Of a stretch of 64,000 nucleotides of DNA, positions 11,316-19,342 are shown one piece after another (positions within the stretch are counted from its first letter, which is position 1; every line of letters begins with the position of its first letter). Position numbers and translations under genes: made by a program. This DNA comes from an uncultured delta proteobacterium (lineage in GTDB: Bacteria; Myxococcota_A; Polyangia; Polyangiales; Houyiibacteriaceae): the NCBI GenBank assembly GCA_963699755.1, contig CAVOVB010000010.1, positions 204,363-268,362 of the forward strand, in the 5' to 3' direction. Below the pieces are notes generated by a model that was given only the letters and a program-made list of their open reading frames with translations, was not told the DNA's origin and searched no databases.

Positions 11316-12072
11316 CGCCTGCCGGCTCTAGCACGGCGTCTCCGCCTTTGCGAAGCCGTTCGAGCCATTCGAGCTCCGCTTTGAAGCGCGCGGCAGCGGG
11401 CGAATCGCCGCGCGTCTCGGCGTCTCCAAGAGCCCGCTTCCGCTTCTCGATCTCGCGGTCCCAATCGGCGACGACGGAAGGTGAGTCATCGGGCGTCCAG
11501 CCACGAACCGTCGCTCTGACCGGAAACCGAACACGCGCGTCGCGGGTCGGCGCGCCGGGAACCGTCACCTCGAGAAGAAGGCGCGGCCATGACGGATCGA
11601 TCTCGATCACGCAGGGGAGCTCGCCCCAATCGGGGCTCGGTCGGAAGACCTCCGACACGAAGCCCTCGGGACTGACTTGAGCCCAAACCAGACAGGTCCT
11701 CCCGCGCTCTCGAATCGCCACCACGATGTCGCGCTGCCCGTCCCGGTCGAAGTCCGGGCGAGGATCGGGCGCGAGCTCCACCCAGAGCCATTCGAGCCAG
11801 CGAACATCGGGAACCTGTATTGAGAGGGCAGGCCCCCGCGAGGTGACGACACGGACTGTCGAGTCGGGGCCACGCTTCGCACCAAAGGCCACGTAGTATC
11901 GTTCGTCGATCCGCCGGCCAAGCGTGAATCCGTGATTGCGAAGGTCTTCGATGATCGCATTCGCTTCCTGGCGAGGGTCCACGCCGATCCGCAGGTAGTC
12001 CAATGGGTCTTGGACCTGCTCGGACTTGGCGCATCCGATCACGACTGCGCATGCAAAGACGATAGACCGCAC
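11296..12072 (-). CDS. Hypothetical lipoprotein
   Basis: Lipobox-like VIGC; DFDRDGQRD Ca-binding-like motif. Confidence 0.65.
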   Translation of the reverse strand: MRSIVFACAVVIGCAKSEQVQDPLDYLRIGVDPRQEANAIIEDLRNHGFTLGRRIDERYYVAFGAKRGPDSTVRVVTSRGPALSIQVPDVRWLEWLWVELAPDPRPDFDRDGQRDIVVAIRERGRTCLVWAQVSPEGFVSEVFRPSPDWGELPCVIEIDPSWPRLLLEVTVPGAPTRDARVRFPVRATVRGWTPDDSPSVVADWDREIEKRKRALGDAETRGDSPAAARFKAELEWLERLRKGGDAVLEPAGDGEEAR

Positions 12073-12081
12073 GCTGTGACT

Positions 12082-12705
12082 TTACGTCGCCTGAGCAAGA
12101 ACGCGAGTCGCCAAGACCAAGGTTTTCACCTCCAAGACACCTCCAGCTCGCAGGGCTTTCGAGGCCGCCCGCAAGGTTGCCCCGGTGGTTCTGACGTCGT
12201 CGATTAGAAGAACCCGCGGGAGGCCTCGCAGTCGCCGAGGCGCAAATGCTCCAGCGATGTTTCTTTGTCGTTCACGATGTGGCAGATCGACCTGACTCGG
12301 CGTGTTGCGAACCCGACGAAGGCCACGAAGCAGCAGAGGAACATCGAGCGCCTTCGCCACAGGTTTCGCAAGAAGCGCAGCTTGATCGTAGCCGCGTGAG
12401 CGTCTCCGGCGCCAATGCAGGGGAACCGGCACGACTGCATCGACATGGCCAGCTAGTCGTTGCGCATGAGCAGCCATTAGCGCTCCGAGTGCCGCAGCGA
12501 GCTCACTGCGACCATCGTACTTGAAGCGCTGAATCGCATCCGCGATGGGACCGCCATACTCGAAGATCGCGCTCGGTTCGGAGGCGCGCTGGGCGAGCAC
12601 TGAACATGAAGCGCAAAAGACGGCGGCGACATCCGATACTTCATCGCATCCTGGGCACCGATTCGGCGCCAGCAAGGTTAGCAAGCCGTGGAGGAGATGG
12701 GGCAT
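12082..12705 (-). CDS. comF: ComF family (zinc ribbon + phosphoribosyltransferase)
   Basis: CPGC..CASC, VPVPLHWRR...RGYDQA, LLIDDVRTTGAT. Confidence 0.9.
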   Translation of the reverse strand: MPHLLHGLLTLLAPNRCPGCDEVSDVAAVFCASCSVLAQRASEPSAIFEYGGPIADAIQRFKYDGRSELAAALGALMAAHAQRLAGHVDAVVPVPLHWRRRRSRGYDQAALLAKPVAKALDVPLLLRGLRRVRNTPSQVDLPHRERQRNIAGAFAPRRLRGLPRVLLIDDVRTTGATLRAASKALRAGGVLEVKTLVLATRVLAQAT

Positions 12706-12793
12706 GGCGATGTATCGGACTGTCGCCTAGCCCGTTGCCCTCCCGGACCCTTGCGATGGAACCGACGCCGGCGCTGGCACTATCTCCGCCCCG

Positions 12794-13234
12794 CTAGTGG
12801 TCGTAAGGCTCCCCACGGAGAATCGAAAAACCCCGGTAGATTTGCTCGGCCAGAAACAGGCGGGCGAGCCGATGCGGCAGTGTCATCGCTGAGAGCGACA
12901 GACTGAGATCCGCATGCTTCGAGAGCTGCTGCGGAAGCCCGTACGCGCCACCGATTAGAAAGACCACTGATTGCACCGAGTCGTTTTCGGCATGCCCCAA
13001 CCAGGTCGCGAGGTCTCGGCTGCTCAAGGAGCGCCCCTCGACTTCGAGCGCAATGACCCTCGAGCGATCCGGAATGTGCCGGGCGAATCGTTCCGCGAGC
13101 TCTTCGACGTCCCCGTCCTTGAGCTCAATCTCTTCGAGCTTTGCGTAGCGCCCGATGCGCGCATAGTAGTCGCCGAGCAATGACCGCAGAGCGCGGTCCT
13201 TTGCTTTTCCAACAGCGATGATGCGTACGCGCAC
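12794..13234 (-). CDS. rlmH: 23S rRNA pseudouridine-1915 N3-methyltransferase
   Basis: IIAVGK, FLIGGAYGL, LSLSAMTLPH.LARL.L.EQIYR...I..G.PY. Confidence 0.95.
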   Translation of the reverse strand: MRVRIIAVGKAKDRALRSLLGDYYARIGRYAKLEEIELKDGDVEELAERFARHIPDRSRVIALEVEGRSLSSRDLATWLGHAENDSVQSVVFLIGGAYGLPQQLSKHADLSLSLSAMTLPHRLARLFLAEQIYRGFSILRGEPYDH

Positions 13235-13243
13235 GACCTGGGT

Positions 13244-13687
13244 CTAGGGGAACCTAAAGCCTTCGTCGGGCTCTTGGCCTTCGAACTGCACGCGTTCGGC
13301 ATCTAGCCAGAGCCCTTCGAGGTCGTAGTAGCCGCGGGTGTCCTGATGGAAGATGTGCACGACGACATCACCGAAATCAAGCAGCACCCACTTGCCCTGC
13401 GGGAGCCCTTCGACACCTGAGCAGCGCGAACCATACTTGTGCTTGAGGTCCTCCTCGATGCCACGTGCGATCGCTGCGACCTGGCGATCGCTTCGCCCGC
13501 TCATCACCACGACATAGTCCGTGTAGTCGACCTTGCCCCGGACATCGATGATTTCGATCCTCGCTGCCTTTTTCTCGAGCGCCGCCTCGGCGACCTTCAA
13601 AGCCAGCTCGCGGCCGACTAGTTGGTCTTTGTTCGTAGCGGAGCTCGTGTTCGCGTCCAGTTGTGCGCCTTCTGCTTGTTTGGCCAA
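13244..13687 (-). CDS. rsfS: Ribosome silencing factor
   Basis: KKA..I..IDV, SGRSDRQV, WVLLDFGDVVVHIF....R.YYDLE.LW; TTG start with AGGAGG. Confidence 0.94.
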   Translation of the reverse strand: MAKQAEGAQLDANTSSATNKDQLVGRELALKVAEAALEKKAARIEIIDVRGKVDYTDYVVVMSGRSDRQVAAIARGIEEDLKHKYGSRCSGVEGLPQGKWVLLDFGDVVVHIFHQDTRGYYDLEGLWLDAERVQFEGQEPDEGFRFP

Positions 13688-13700
13688 CTAGTCTCCTCCT

Positions 13701-14966
13701 TCACTGCCGAACTTGGCCGTCGCCTTGGCCGACCCATTTGAGAGCACAGAGCTCAGCCAGGCCCATTGGACCATACGCATGGAGCTTTGTTGTCGAAATT
13801 CCGATTTCGGCGCCCAGGCCGAGCGCAAATCCGTCGTTGAAGCGAGTCGACGCATTGACGAGAACGAGGCTCGCATCGACTTCTCGCAACCAGCGATCGG
13901 CGTTGGCCTTGTCCTTGGTGACGATCGCCTCGGTGTGATTCGAGCCGTGCTCGGCCACGTGCGCGAGCGCACCATCGATTCCATCGACGACCCCTACATT
14001 GAGAATCAAGTCGAGGTACTCTGTGTCCCAATCCGTGTCGCTCGCCCGCTTCGCTCCGGCCAAGTACGCGATTGCGCGATCGTCTGCCCGGATCTCGACG
14101 CCTTCAGCAGCCATCGCCGCACCGAGCTTCGGCAGGAAAGTTGGCGCGAGGTCGGCGTCGACCAGGAGCGTTTCCATCGCGTTGCAGACGCCCGGACGCT
14201 GCACTTTGGCGTTCAGGGCGATCTGGATGGCCATTTCTGGGTCAGCGCTTCGGTCGATAAAGACGTGACATACACCTTTGTAGTGCTGAATGACAGGAAC
14301 TCTAGCGTGCTCGGCGACGAACCGAATCAATCCTTCTCCACCCCTTGGTATAACCATGTCCAGGATACCATCAAGACCGATCATCACCAAAGTCGCTTGT
14401 CGATCCGTCGTAGGAAGGAGCGTGACGGCCGCAGGGGGCAGCCCCTCCGCCCCGAGCGCCTTCGTGAACACCTCTGCGATCGCCGAATTGCTGTGAAACG
14501 CTTCCTTGCCGCCACGAAGCAGGACCGCGTTCCCACTCTTGAGGCAGAGGGAGGCCGCGTCTGCCGTCACGTTCGGCCTAGATTCGTAGATGATCCCGAT
14601 GAGCCCGAGCGGTGCGCGCATCTTGCCGACGCGAAGGCCGTTGTCGAGCACACGTTCTTCGACGACGGTGCCGACTGGATCGGGGAGCGCGGCGACTTGG
14701 TCGAGGCCGTCAGCGACGCCATCGAGACGCTTCCGATCGAGCAGCAGGCGATCGAGCATCGCTTTCGAGAGGCCCATGGTTTCGGCTGCACGCATGTCTT
14801 TGACATTCGCTTCGATCACGCGATTGCCAGCCGCGCCGCGCAGCTCTTCGGCCGCTCGGCGCAGGACGGCATTCTTCTGCTCGGTACTTGCGTTCGCAAT
14901 CAGCCGAGAAGCGTCTTTGGCTCGTTGGGCCAGGCCCCTGACGAGCGCGGTCAGGTCATCGCTCAT
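13701..14966 (-). CDS. proA: Glutamate-5-semialdehyde dehydrogenase
   Basis: IYESRPNVT, KSGNAVLLRGGKEA, GVCNAMETLL, NASTRFNDG, GAEIGIST.KLHAYGPMGL. Confidence 0.97.
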   Translation of the reverse strand: MSDDLTALVRGLAQRAKDASRLIANASTEQKNAVLRRAAEELRGAAGNRVIEANVKDMRAAETMGLSKAMLDRLLLDRKRLDGVADGLDQVAALPDPVGTVVEERVLDNGLRVGKMRAPLGLIGIIYESRPNVTADAASLCLKSGNAVLLRGGKEAFHSNSAIAEVFTKALGAEGLPPAAVTLLPTTDRQATLVMIGLDGILDMVIPRGGEGLIRFVAEHARVPVIQHYKGVCHVFIDRSADPEMAIQIALNAKVQRPGVCNAMETLLVDADLAPTFLPKLGAAMAAEGVEIRADDRAIAYLAGAKRASDTDWDTEYLDLILNVGVVDGIDGALAHVAEHGSNHTEAIVTKDKANADRWLREVDASLVLVNASTRFNDGFALGLGAEIGISTTKLHAYGPMGLAELCALKWVGQGDGQVRQ

Positions 14967-15012
14967 AGCCGGTGACGGTAGCACCTTTTCCCGCAAGCGG
15001 GAGCCGGGCTGC

Positions 15013-16122
15013 TCAGGCCCCATTCTTGGTCAGAACGATGTCGTCCCGATGCACGACTTCGTCGCCTGCGTGACTTCCGATTCGCTCTGCGATCTGCTGA
15101 CTGTGTCCGCCTGCCAGAACACGAACCTCGTCGGCACCGTACCGCGCGAGACCACGCGCAAGCTCGATTCCCGACTCGTTGACGATCGACACTGCGTCCC
15201 CGACCTTGAACGACCCCGCCACCGAAACGACGCCTGCCGGCAAGAGACTCGAATGATGCTTCTCGAGCGCGCGGCATGCGCCGGCGTCGACCACGATGCG
15301 CCCACGCGACTTGAGCGTGTACGCGATCCAGTGCTTTCGGCTCGGCAGAGGCGAACCGTGCGGTAGCAGCAGCGTTCCCACATCTTCGCCTTGCATCAGC
15401 GCCTCCAGGAAGCCTGGCGATCCCGCCGGACCTATGACGACCGGCAAACCATGCAGTGTGGCACGTCGCGCGGCCTCGACTTTCGATTGCATCCCGCCGA
15501 GCCCCACGTCGCCCTCGGACGGCTTGATGAACCCTTCGACGTCCGAAACTTCGCGCACGAGCGAGACCCGCGTGCCTTGATCATCGAGAATGCCAACGAC
15601 GTCGCTCAACAAGACCAGCAGGTCGGCGCCTACCAAGGTGCAGACCATCGCGGCGAGCTGATCGTTGTCGCCGAAGCGGAGCTCATCGATCGACACGGTA
15701 TCGTTCTCGTTGATGATCGGAACCACACCGAGCTTGAGAAGCTCATCGATCGCCTGGCGTGCGTGAAGATAGCGATCTCGGTCCGTGACTACGTCGTGAG
15801 TCAGCAGGACCTGCGCCACGTGAATTCCAAGTCGCTCGAACGCATCTTCGTAGGCGCGCATCAGCAAGGACTGCCCCGTCGCGGCTGCTGCCTGAAGCAG
15901 CGAAATCTTCTTGGGGCGCTCGGTCAGCCCGAGCCGCTCCTTGCCGACTGCGACTGCACCCGAGGAGACGACAACGACCTTTCGACCTGCCGTCAACTGG
16001 GTCGCGACCTGGGTGGCCACCTGTGCGAACCGGCCCCCTTCGGCGCAGAGCGCACGGCTGCCGATCTTGACCACCATTCGCTTGCAATCGCGAAGGGCGG
16101 TTCTGGTTTGGTCGTGAGTCAT
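15013..16122 (-). CDS. proB: Glutamate 5-kinase with PUA domain
   Basis: VVKIGS, VSSGAV, PIINENDTV, FGDNDQL, GGMQSK, C-terminal PUA. Confidence 0.96.
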   Translation of the reverse strand: MTHDQTRTALRDCKRMVVKIGSRALCAEGGRFAQVATQVATQLTAGRKVVVVSSGAVAVGKERLGLTERPKKISLLQAAAATGQSLLMRAYEDAFERLGIHVAQVLLTHDVVTDRDRYLHARQAIDELLKLGVVPIINENDTVSIDELRFGDNDQLAAMVCTLVGADLLVLLSDVVGILDDQGTRVSLVREVSDVEGFIKPSEGDVGLGGMQSKVEAARRATLHGLPVVIGPAGSPGFLEALMQGEDVGTLLLPHGSPLPSRKHWIAYTLKSRGRIVVDAGACRALEKHHSSLLPAGVVSVAGSFKVGDAVSIVNESGIELARGLARYGADEVRVLAGGHSQQIAERIGSHAGDEVVHRDDIVLTKNGA

Positions 16123-16208
16123 TTCCAGCCCCTTCAATCGCACCCTGAACGCCCCGCTGCAACTGGGGTCCAAAAAGGGGACAGGCGCCTTGTGGCTGGT
16201 AGCATGGG

Positions 16209-17114
16209 ATGATGCTTGCAGCCGAGGTAGCGCGCTGGTTCGTCTGGCTGGTGGCTTTCGCGTGGGGTGCCGCCTGGGGGAGCTTCTTCAACGTCGCGAT
16301 CTACCGCTGGCCGCGGGGCATGTCGGTGGTACGTCCGCCGAGTCATTGCCCCGGTTGTGGGGAGCCGATTCGGGTGTGGAACAACGTACCGATTCTCGGC
16401 TGGCTCTTCTTGCGCGGAAAGGCCTCCTGTTGCGGCACTGCGATCTCGCCACGCTATCCGCTCGTCGAGCTTCTGACCGCAGTCCTTTGCGTTGCGATTT
16501 CGGAGATCTGGATCGTCCGAGCTCCTCCGGGAACGCTTCTCCTTCACGCCACCATCGAAACGATTCTCTACTTCGTGTTTGCGGGCGGACTCCTGATCGC
16601 CACTTTCGTCGATCTCGAATGGCTCGAGATCCCCGACGAGGTGAGCCTGCCCTGCGCGGCGCTCGGCCTGATGAGCGCTCCGCTTCGCACCGAGCCTGGA
16701 CTCTGGTCCTCCGCGGTCGGCGCAGGTGCCGCCTACCTCGTGGTGCAGTTGGTCTTCGTCTGGGGTTACGAGCACATCGCCGGGCGCCGGGGCATGGGCG
16801 AAGGGGATTCGAAGCTCCTGCTCATGATCGGCGCGTTTCTGGGGTGGAAAGGCGCGCTCTTCAGCGTTGTCGCGGGGTCCCTGCAAGGGCTGCTGTTCGC
16901 GGCCTTCGCCCTGGTCACCGGGCGAAAACTGATGCCGGAGATCGACGAACGCGTCATCGATGGGGAAGTGATCGAGGCGCCCGAGGAGCCCGACGCCAGT
17001 CGCTTCGGACAACTCAAGCTTCCATTTGGGCCGTTTCTTGCCCTAGGCGCTCTCGAGTACCTTCTCGCCGGAGACGCGATTCTGTCTTGGTACTTCGGCC
17101 TCCTGCAACGCTAG
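16209..17114 (+). CDS. pilD: Prepilin peptidase (A24)
   Basis: GSFFNV.IYR.PRG.S...PPSHCPGC, RYPLVE, GMGEGDSKL, PFGPFLA. Confidence 0.93.
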   Translation: MMLAAEVARWFVWLVAFAWGAAWGSFFNVAIYRWPRGMSVVRPPSHCPGCGEPIRVWNNVPILGWLFLRGKASCCGTAISPRYPLVELLTAVLCVAISEIWIVRAPPGTLLLHATIETILYFVFAGGLLIATFVDLEWLEIPDEVSLPCAALGLMSAPLRTEPGLWSSAVGAGAAYLVVQLVFVWGYEHIAGRRGMGEGDSKLLLMIGAFLGWKGALFSVVAGSLQGLLFAAFALVTGRKLMPEIDERVIDGEVIEAPEEPDASRFGQLKLPFGPFLALGALEYLLAGDAILSWYFGLLQR

Positions 17115-17118
17115 ACGT

Positions 17119-17421
17119 CTAGCGTCGGTACCCGCCGCGGCCACCACCACCGCCGCCGCCGCCGCCGCCGCCCTCACGCTCGCGCGCAAGGTCGACGCGA
17201 ATGGTACGGCCGCCAAGCGAGGCGCCGTCCATCTGATCGCGGGCTGCCGCAGCGGCCTCTTCCGTACTGAAGGTCACGAACCCGAAGCCACGCGAACGTC
17301 CGGTCTCGCGATCGCTTACAACCTTGGCGTCTGTAACCTCACCGAACGGGGCGAATGCATCCTGAAGGTCTTCAGTGGTCGTGGCCCAGGCCAGGCCCCC
17401 GCAAAACAGTCTCTTACTCAT
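17119..17421 (-). CDS. RRM RNA-binding protein with Gly-rich tail
   Basis: RNP2-like LFCGGL, RNP1 RGFGFVTF, poly-Gly C-terminus. Confidence 0.93.
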   Translation of the reverse strand: MSKRLFCGGLAWATTTEDLQDAFAPFGEVTDAKVVSDRETGRSRGFGFVTFSTEEAAAAARDQMDGASLGGRTIRVDLAREREGGGGGGGGGGGRGGYRR

Positions 17422-17472
17422 GGTCAACTCTTTCACTGTGCAGCTGAAACGGCGCCGTGCCGAGGCAGTGCT

Positions 17473-17838
17473 TCAATTCGATTCCGGCTTGCCGGATGCG
17501 CTCGATTGTACAGCTTGGAACCGATCCCACAAGGCCGGGGTCGACTGCTCACCCAAACTGGCCTTGTAGTCTTCGTCTTTCGCCCGGCCCTGGAGCTTGG
17601 CGATCTCGCCGATGAGCTTCTCACGGGAACCGACGTTCTTGCTGACCGCTTCGAAGACCTTCTCGAGATGGAGGAGCTTCTTGTTGGACACGTGATCCAA
17701 GCCCTTTTCTTCGCTCAAGCGCTCGAGCCAGAGGTCTTTGCCAGCGACCTTCTTGACGGCAGCGACCAGTTTCTCTTTCGCCTTCTTCGGGTCCTCTCCG
17801 AAGCGCGCTTTCACAATCGATAGGGGGGACTTGCTCAT
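17473..17838 (-). CDS. Conserved Lys-rich hypothetical protein
   Basis: MSKSPLSIVKARFGE...KEKLV; highly biased codons; AAGG/GGTG upstream. Confidence 0.7.
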   Translation of the reverse strand: MSKSPLSIVKARFGEDPKKAKEKLVAAVKKVAGKDLWLERLSEEKGLDHVSNKKLLHLEKVFEAVSKNVGSREKLIGEIAKLQGRAKDEDYKASLGEQSTPALWDRFQAVQSSASGKPESN

Positions 17839-17978
17839 CAGGTGCACCTTCGCACCAAGACACCAGGTTTTCTGGGCTTTGGAGGGCCCGGAGTAGCACG
17901 GAGGCCCTCCTGCGCAAGCCGCCAAGCCCGTCCTCGCGGATTGAAATCAGCCGTGTAGAGCCTCGATAGAGGCCTCGC

Positions 17979-18022
17979 TTGACGATTATTCACAGCACTG
18001 TTACTAACAACACTGTGAATAA
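17979..18022 (+). promoter_or_regulatory. Sigma70-like promoter overlapped by inverted repeat (probable TetR operator)
   Basis: TTGACG(17979)-17bp-TACTAA(18002); perfect IR TTATTCACAG(17986-17995)/CTGTGAATAA(18013-18022). Confidence 0.65.
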
Positions 18023-18689
18023 CCAGCGACTCAGTCGAATCCAGGCGGTTTCCGGACTCCTCTTCTCCCTCTTCGCCCTGGTTCACCTCAGCAATACCGC
18101 CCTCGCGGTGCTGGGACCCGATCTATACGACGGCTTCCAGCGCTCGGTTCGGCGCTTCTACCAGTGGCCGCTCCTCGAGGTCGCCCTCGTCACGACCCTC
18201 GTCGTTCACACCGGCGCCGGCGTGCTGCGCATCCGCGGACGGCGCGGTGGCAGGGCAAAGCCTCCGCTTCGACTCCGGCTCCACCGGTATGCAGCCTATT
18301 GCCTCGCCCTCTTCGTGTTCGGCCACATGGCGGCGACCCGGCTGCCTGCGCTGCTCGTCGATGCGCCGCCGTTCTTTGGGGGCGTGTCGTTCTCCCTCCA
18401 CTACCTGCCCTGGTTCTTCTTTCCGTACTACGCGCTGCTCGGAATCGCTGGCCTTTACCATTTACTCTACGGCGTTCCGGTGGCGCTGGGCGTACTCGGC
18501 ATCCGCGCGCCGCAAGCGATGCGTCGAGGCCCGGGCTTTTGGATTCCGGTCAGCGCAGGGGCGGCCATGATCGTCGTGGCTCTTCTGGGTTTTGGTGGCG
18601 CGCTCTACGAGATCGACGACCCGTTCGACAACGACTTTGCGCGCGCCTACGAGACGGCCGCGGCGTACTTCTGCGGCGAGGCGAAGTAG
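18015..18689 (+). CDS. Integral membrane protein with several TM histidines (cytochrome b-like / DUF1691-like)
   Basis: Hydrophobic helices with LVHL, VVHT, FGHM, LYHL; GTG start chosen. Confidence 0.65.
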   Translation: MNNQRLSRIQAVSGLLFSLFALVHLSNTALAVLGPDLYDGFQRSVRRFYQWPLLEVALVTTLVVHTGAGVLRIRGRRGGRAKPPLRLRLHRYAAYCLALFVFGHMAATRLPALLVDAPPFFGGVSFSLHYLPWFFFPYYALLGIAGLYHLLYGVPVALGVLGIRAPQAMRRGPGFWIPVSAGAAMIVVALLGFGGALYEIDDPFDNDFARAYETAAAYFCGEAK

Positions 18690-18691
18690 CG

Positions 18692-19291
18692 ATGGGACGA
18701 CCCAAAGACGCGGACCCGGAGCGAACCCGGCTCACCATCCTAAACGCTGCCGAAGACGAGTTCGCAGAGCACGGTTTCCATGGGACCCGAATGGTGGCGA
18801 TCGCCGAGCGCGCCGGGGTCACACACGGGCTGCTTCACTACTACTTCGACTCCAAGGATCGGCTGTACGAAGAAGTGGTCGGGCGTCTCTTTCGCCGCCA
18901 TCTCCGCCTGTTCGAACGGCTGGCTTCCGATGGAGCCGTGGTTTCGGCGCGCGACCTCGTCCTGCAAAGCTTCGATCTGTTCTGGGAATACCCCAATCAG
19001 GTGCGGATCATGCTCTGGGAGATGGCCTCGGGCGATGACCGCGTGGAACGCTCGATGAAAGACTTCTACGACGGGATGGCGCGAGCCCTCGCGACCCTGC
19101 CGGCAAAAGCCCCATCGACCGAGCCCGGGCGAGACCCGCGCGATGTATACGTGTCGATACTCGGGGCGCTGGTCGTCTACTTCTTTCGCGACCCCGCCAT
19201 CAAGAGGCTGTTCGGGGAGGAGCGTTTCACCGAAGCGGACCGGAAACGCAGGCGAGCACACATGGGCGCGCTCCTCGACTTGTTGCTTTGA
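18692..19291 (+). CDS. TetR/AcrR family regulator
   Basis: MGRPK...IL.AA..EF...GF.GT....IAERAGV..GLLHYYFDSKD.LY HTH. Confidence 0.93.
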   Translation: MGRPKDADPERTRLTILNAAEDEFAEHGFHGTRMVAIAERAGVTHGLLHYYFDSKDRLYEEVVGRLFRRHLRLFERLASDGAVVSARDLVLQSFDLFWEYPNQVRIMLWEMASGDDRVERSMKDFYDGMARALATLPAKAPSTEPGRDPRDVYVSILGALVVYFFRDPAIKRLFGEERFTEADRKRRRAHMGALLDLLL

Positions 19292-19342
19292 GCGACTGTC
19301 CGGTGGATTCGGTCTGCCTGGCGCAGTAGAGTCAGCCCGTTC

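Noticed and set aside
10545..11400. tmRNA next to smpB
   Set aside because: No GGGG...TCCACCA ends or non-coding space available
17141..17172. GGC/GGT trinucleotide repeat as a contingency locus
   Set aside because: Encodes the ordinary poly-Gly tail of an RRM protein
18164..18691. 375-aa TetR fusion
   Set aside because: Upstream part is an alternative frame of the membrane protein gene; TetR starts at 18692
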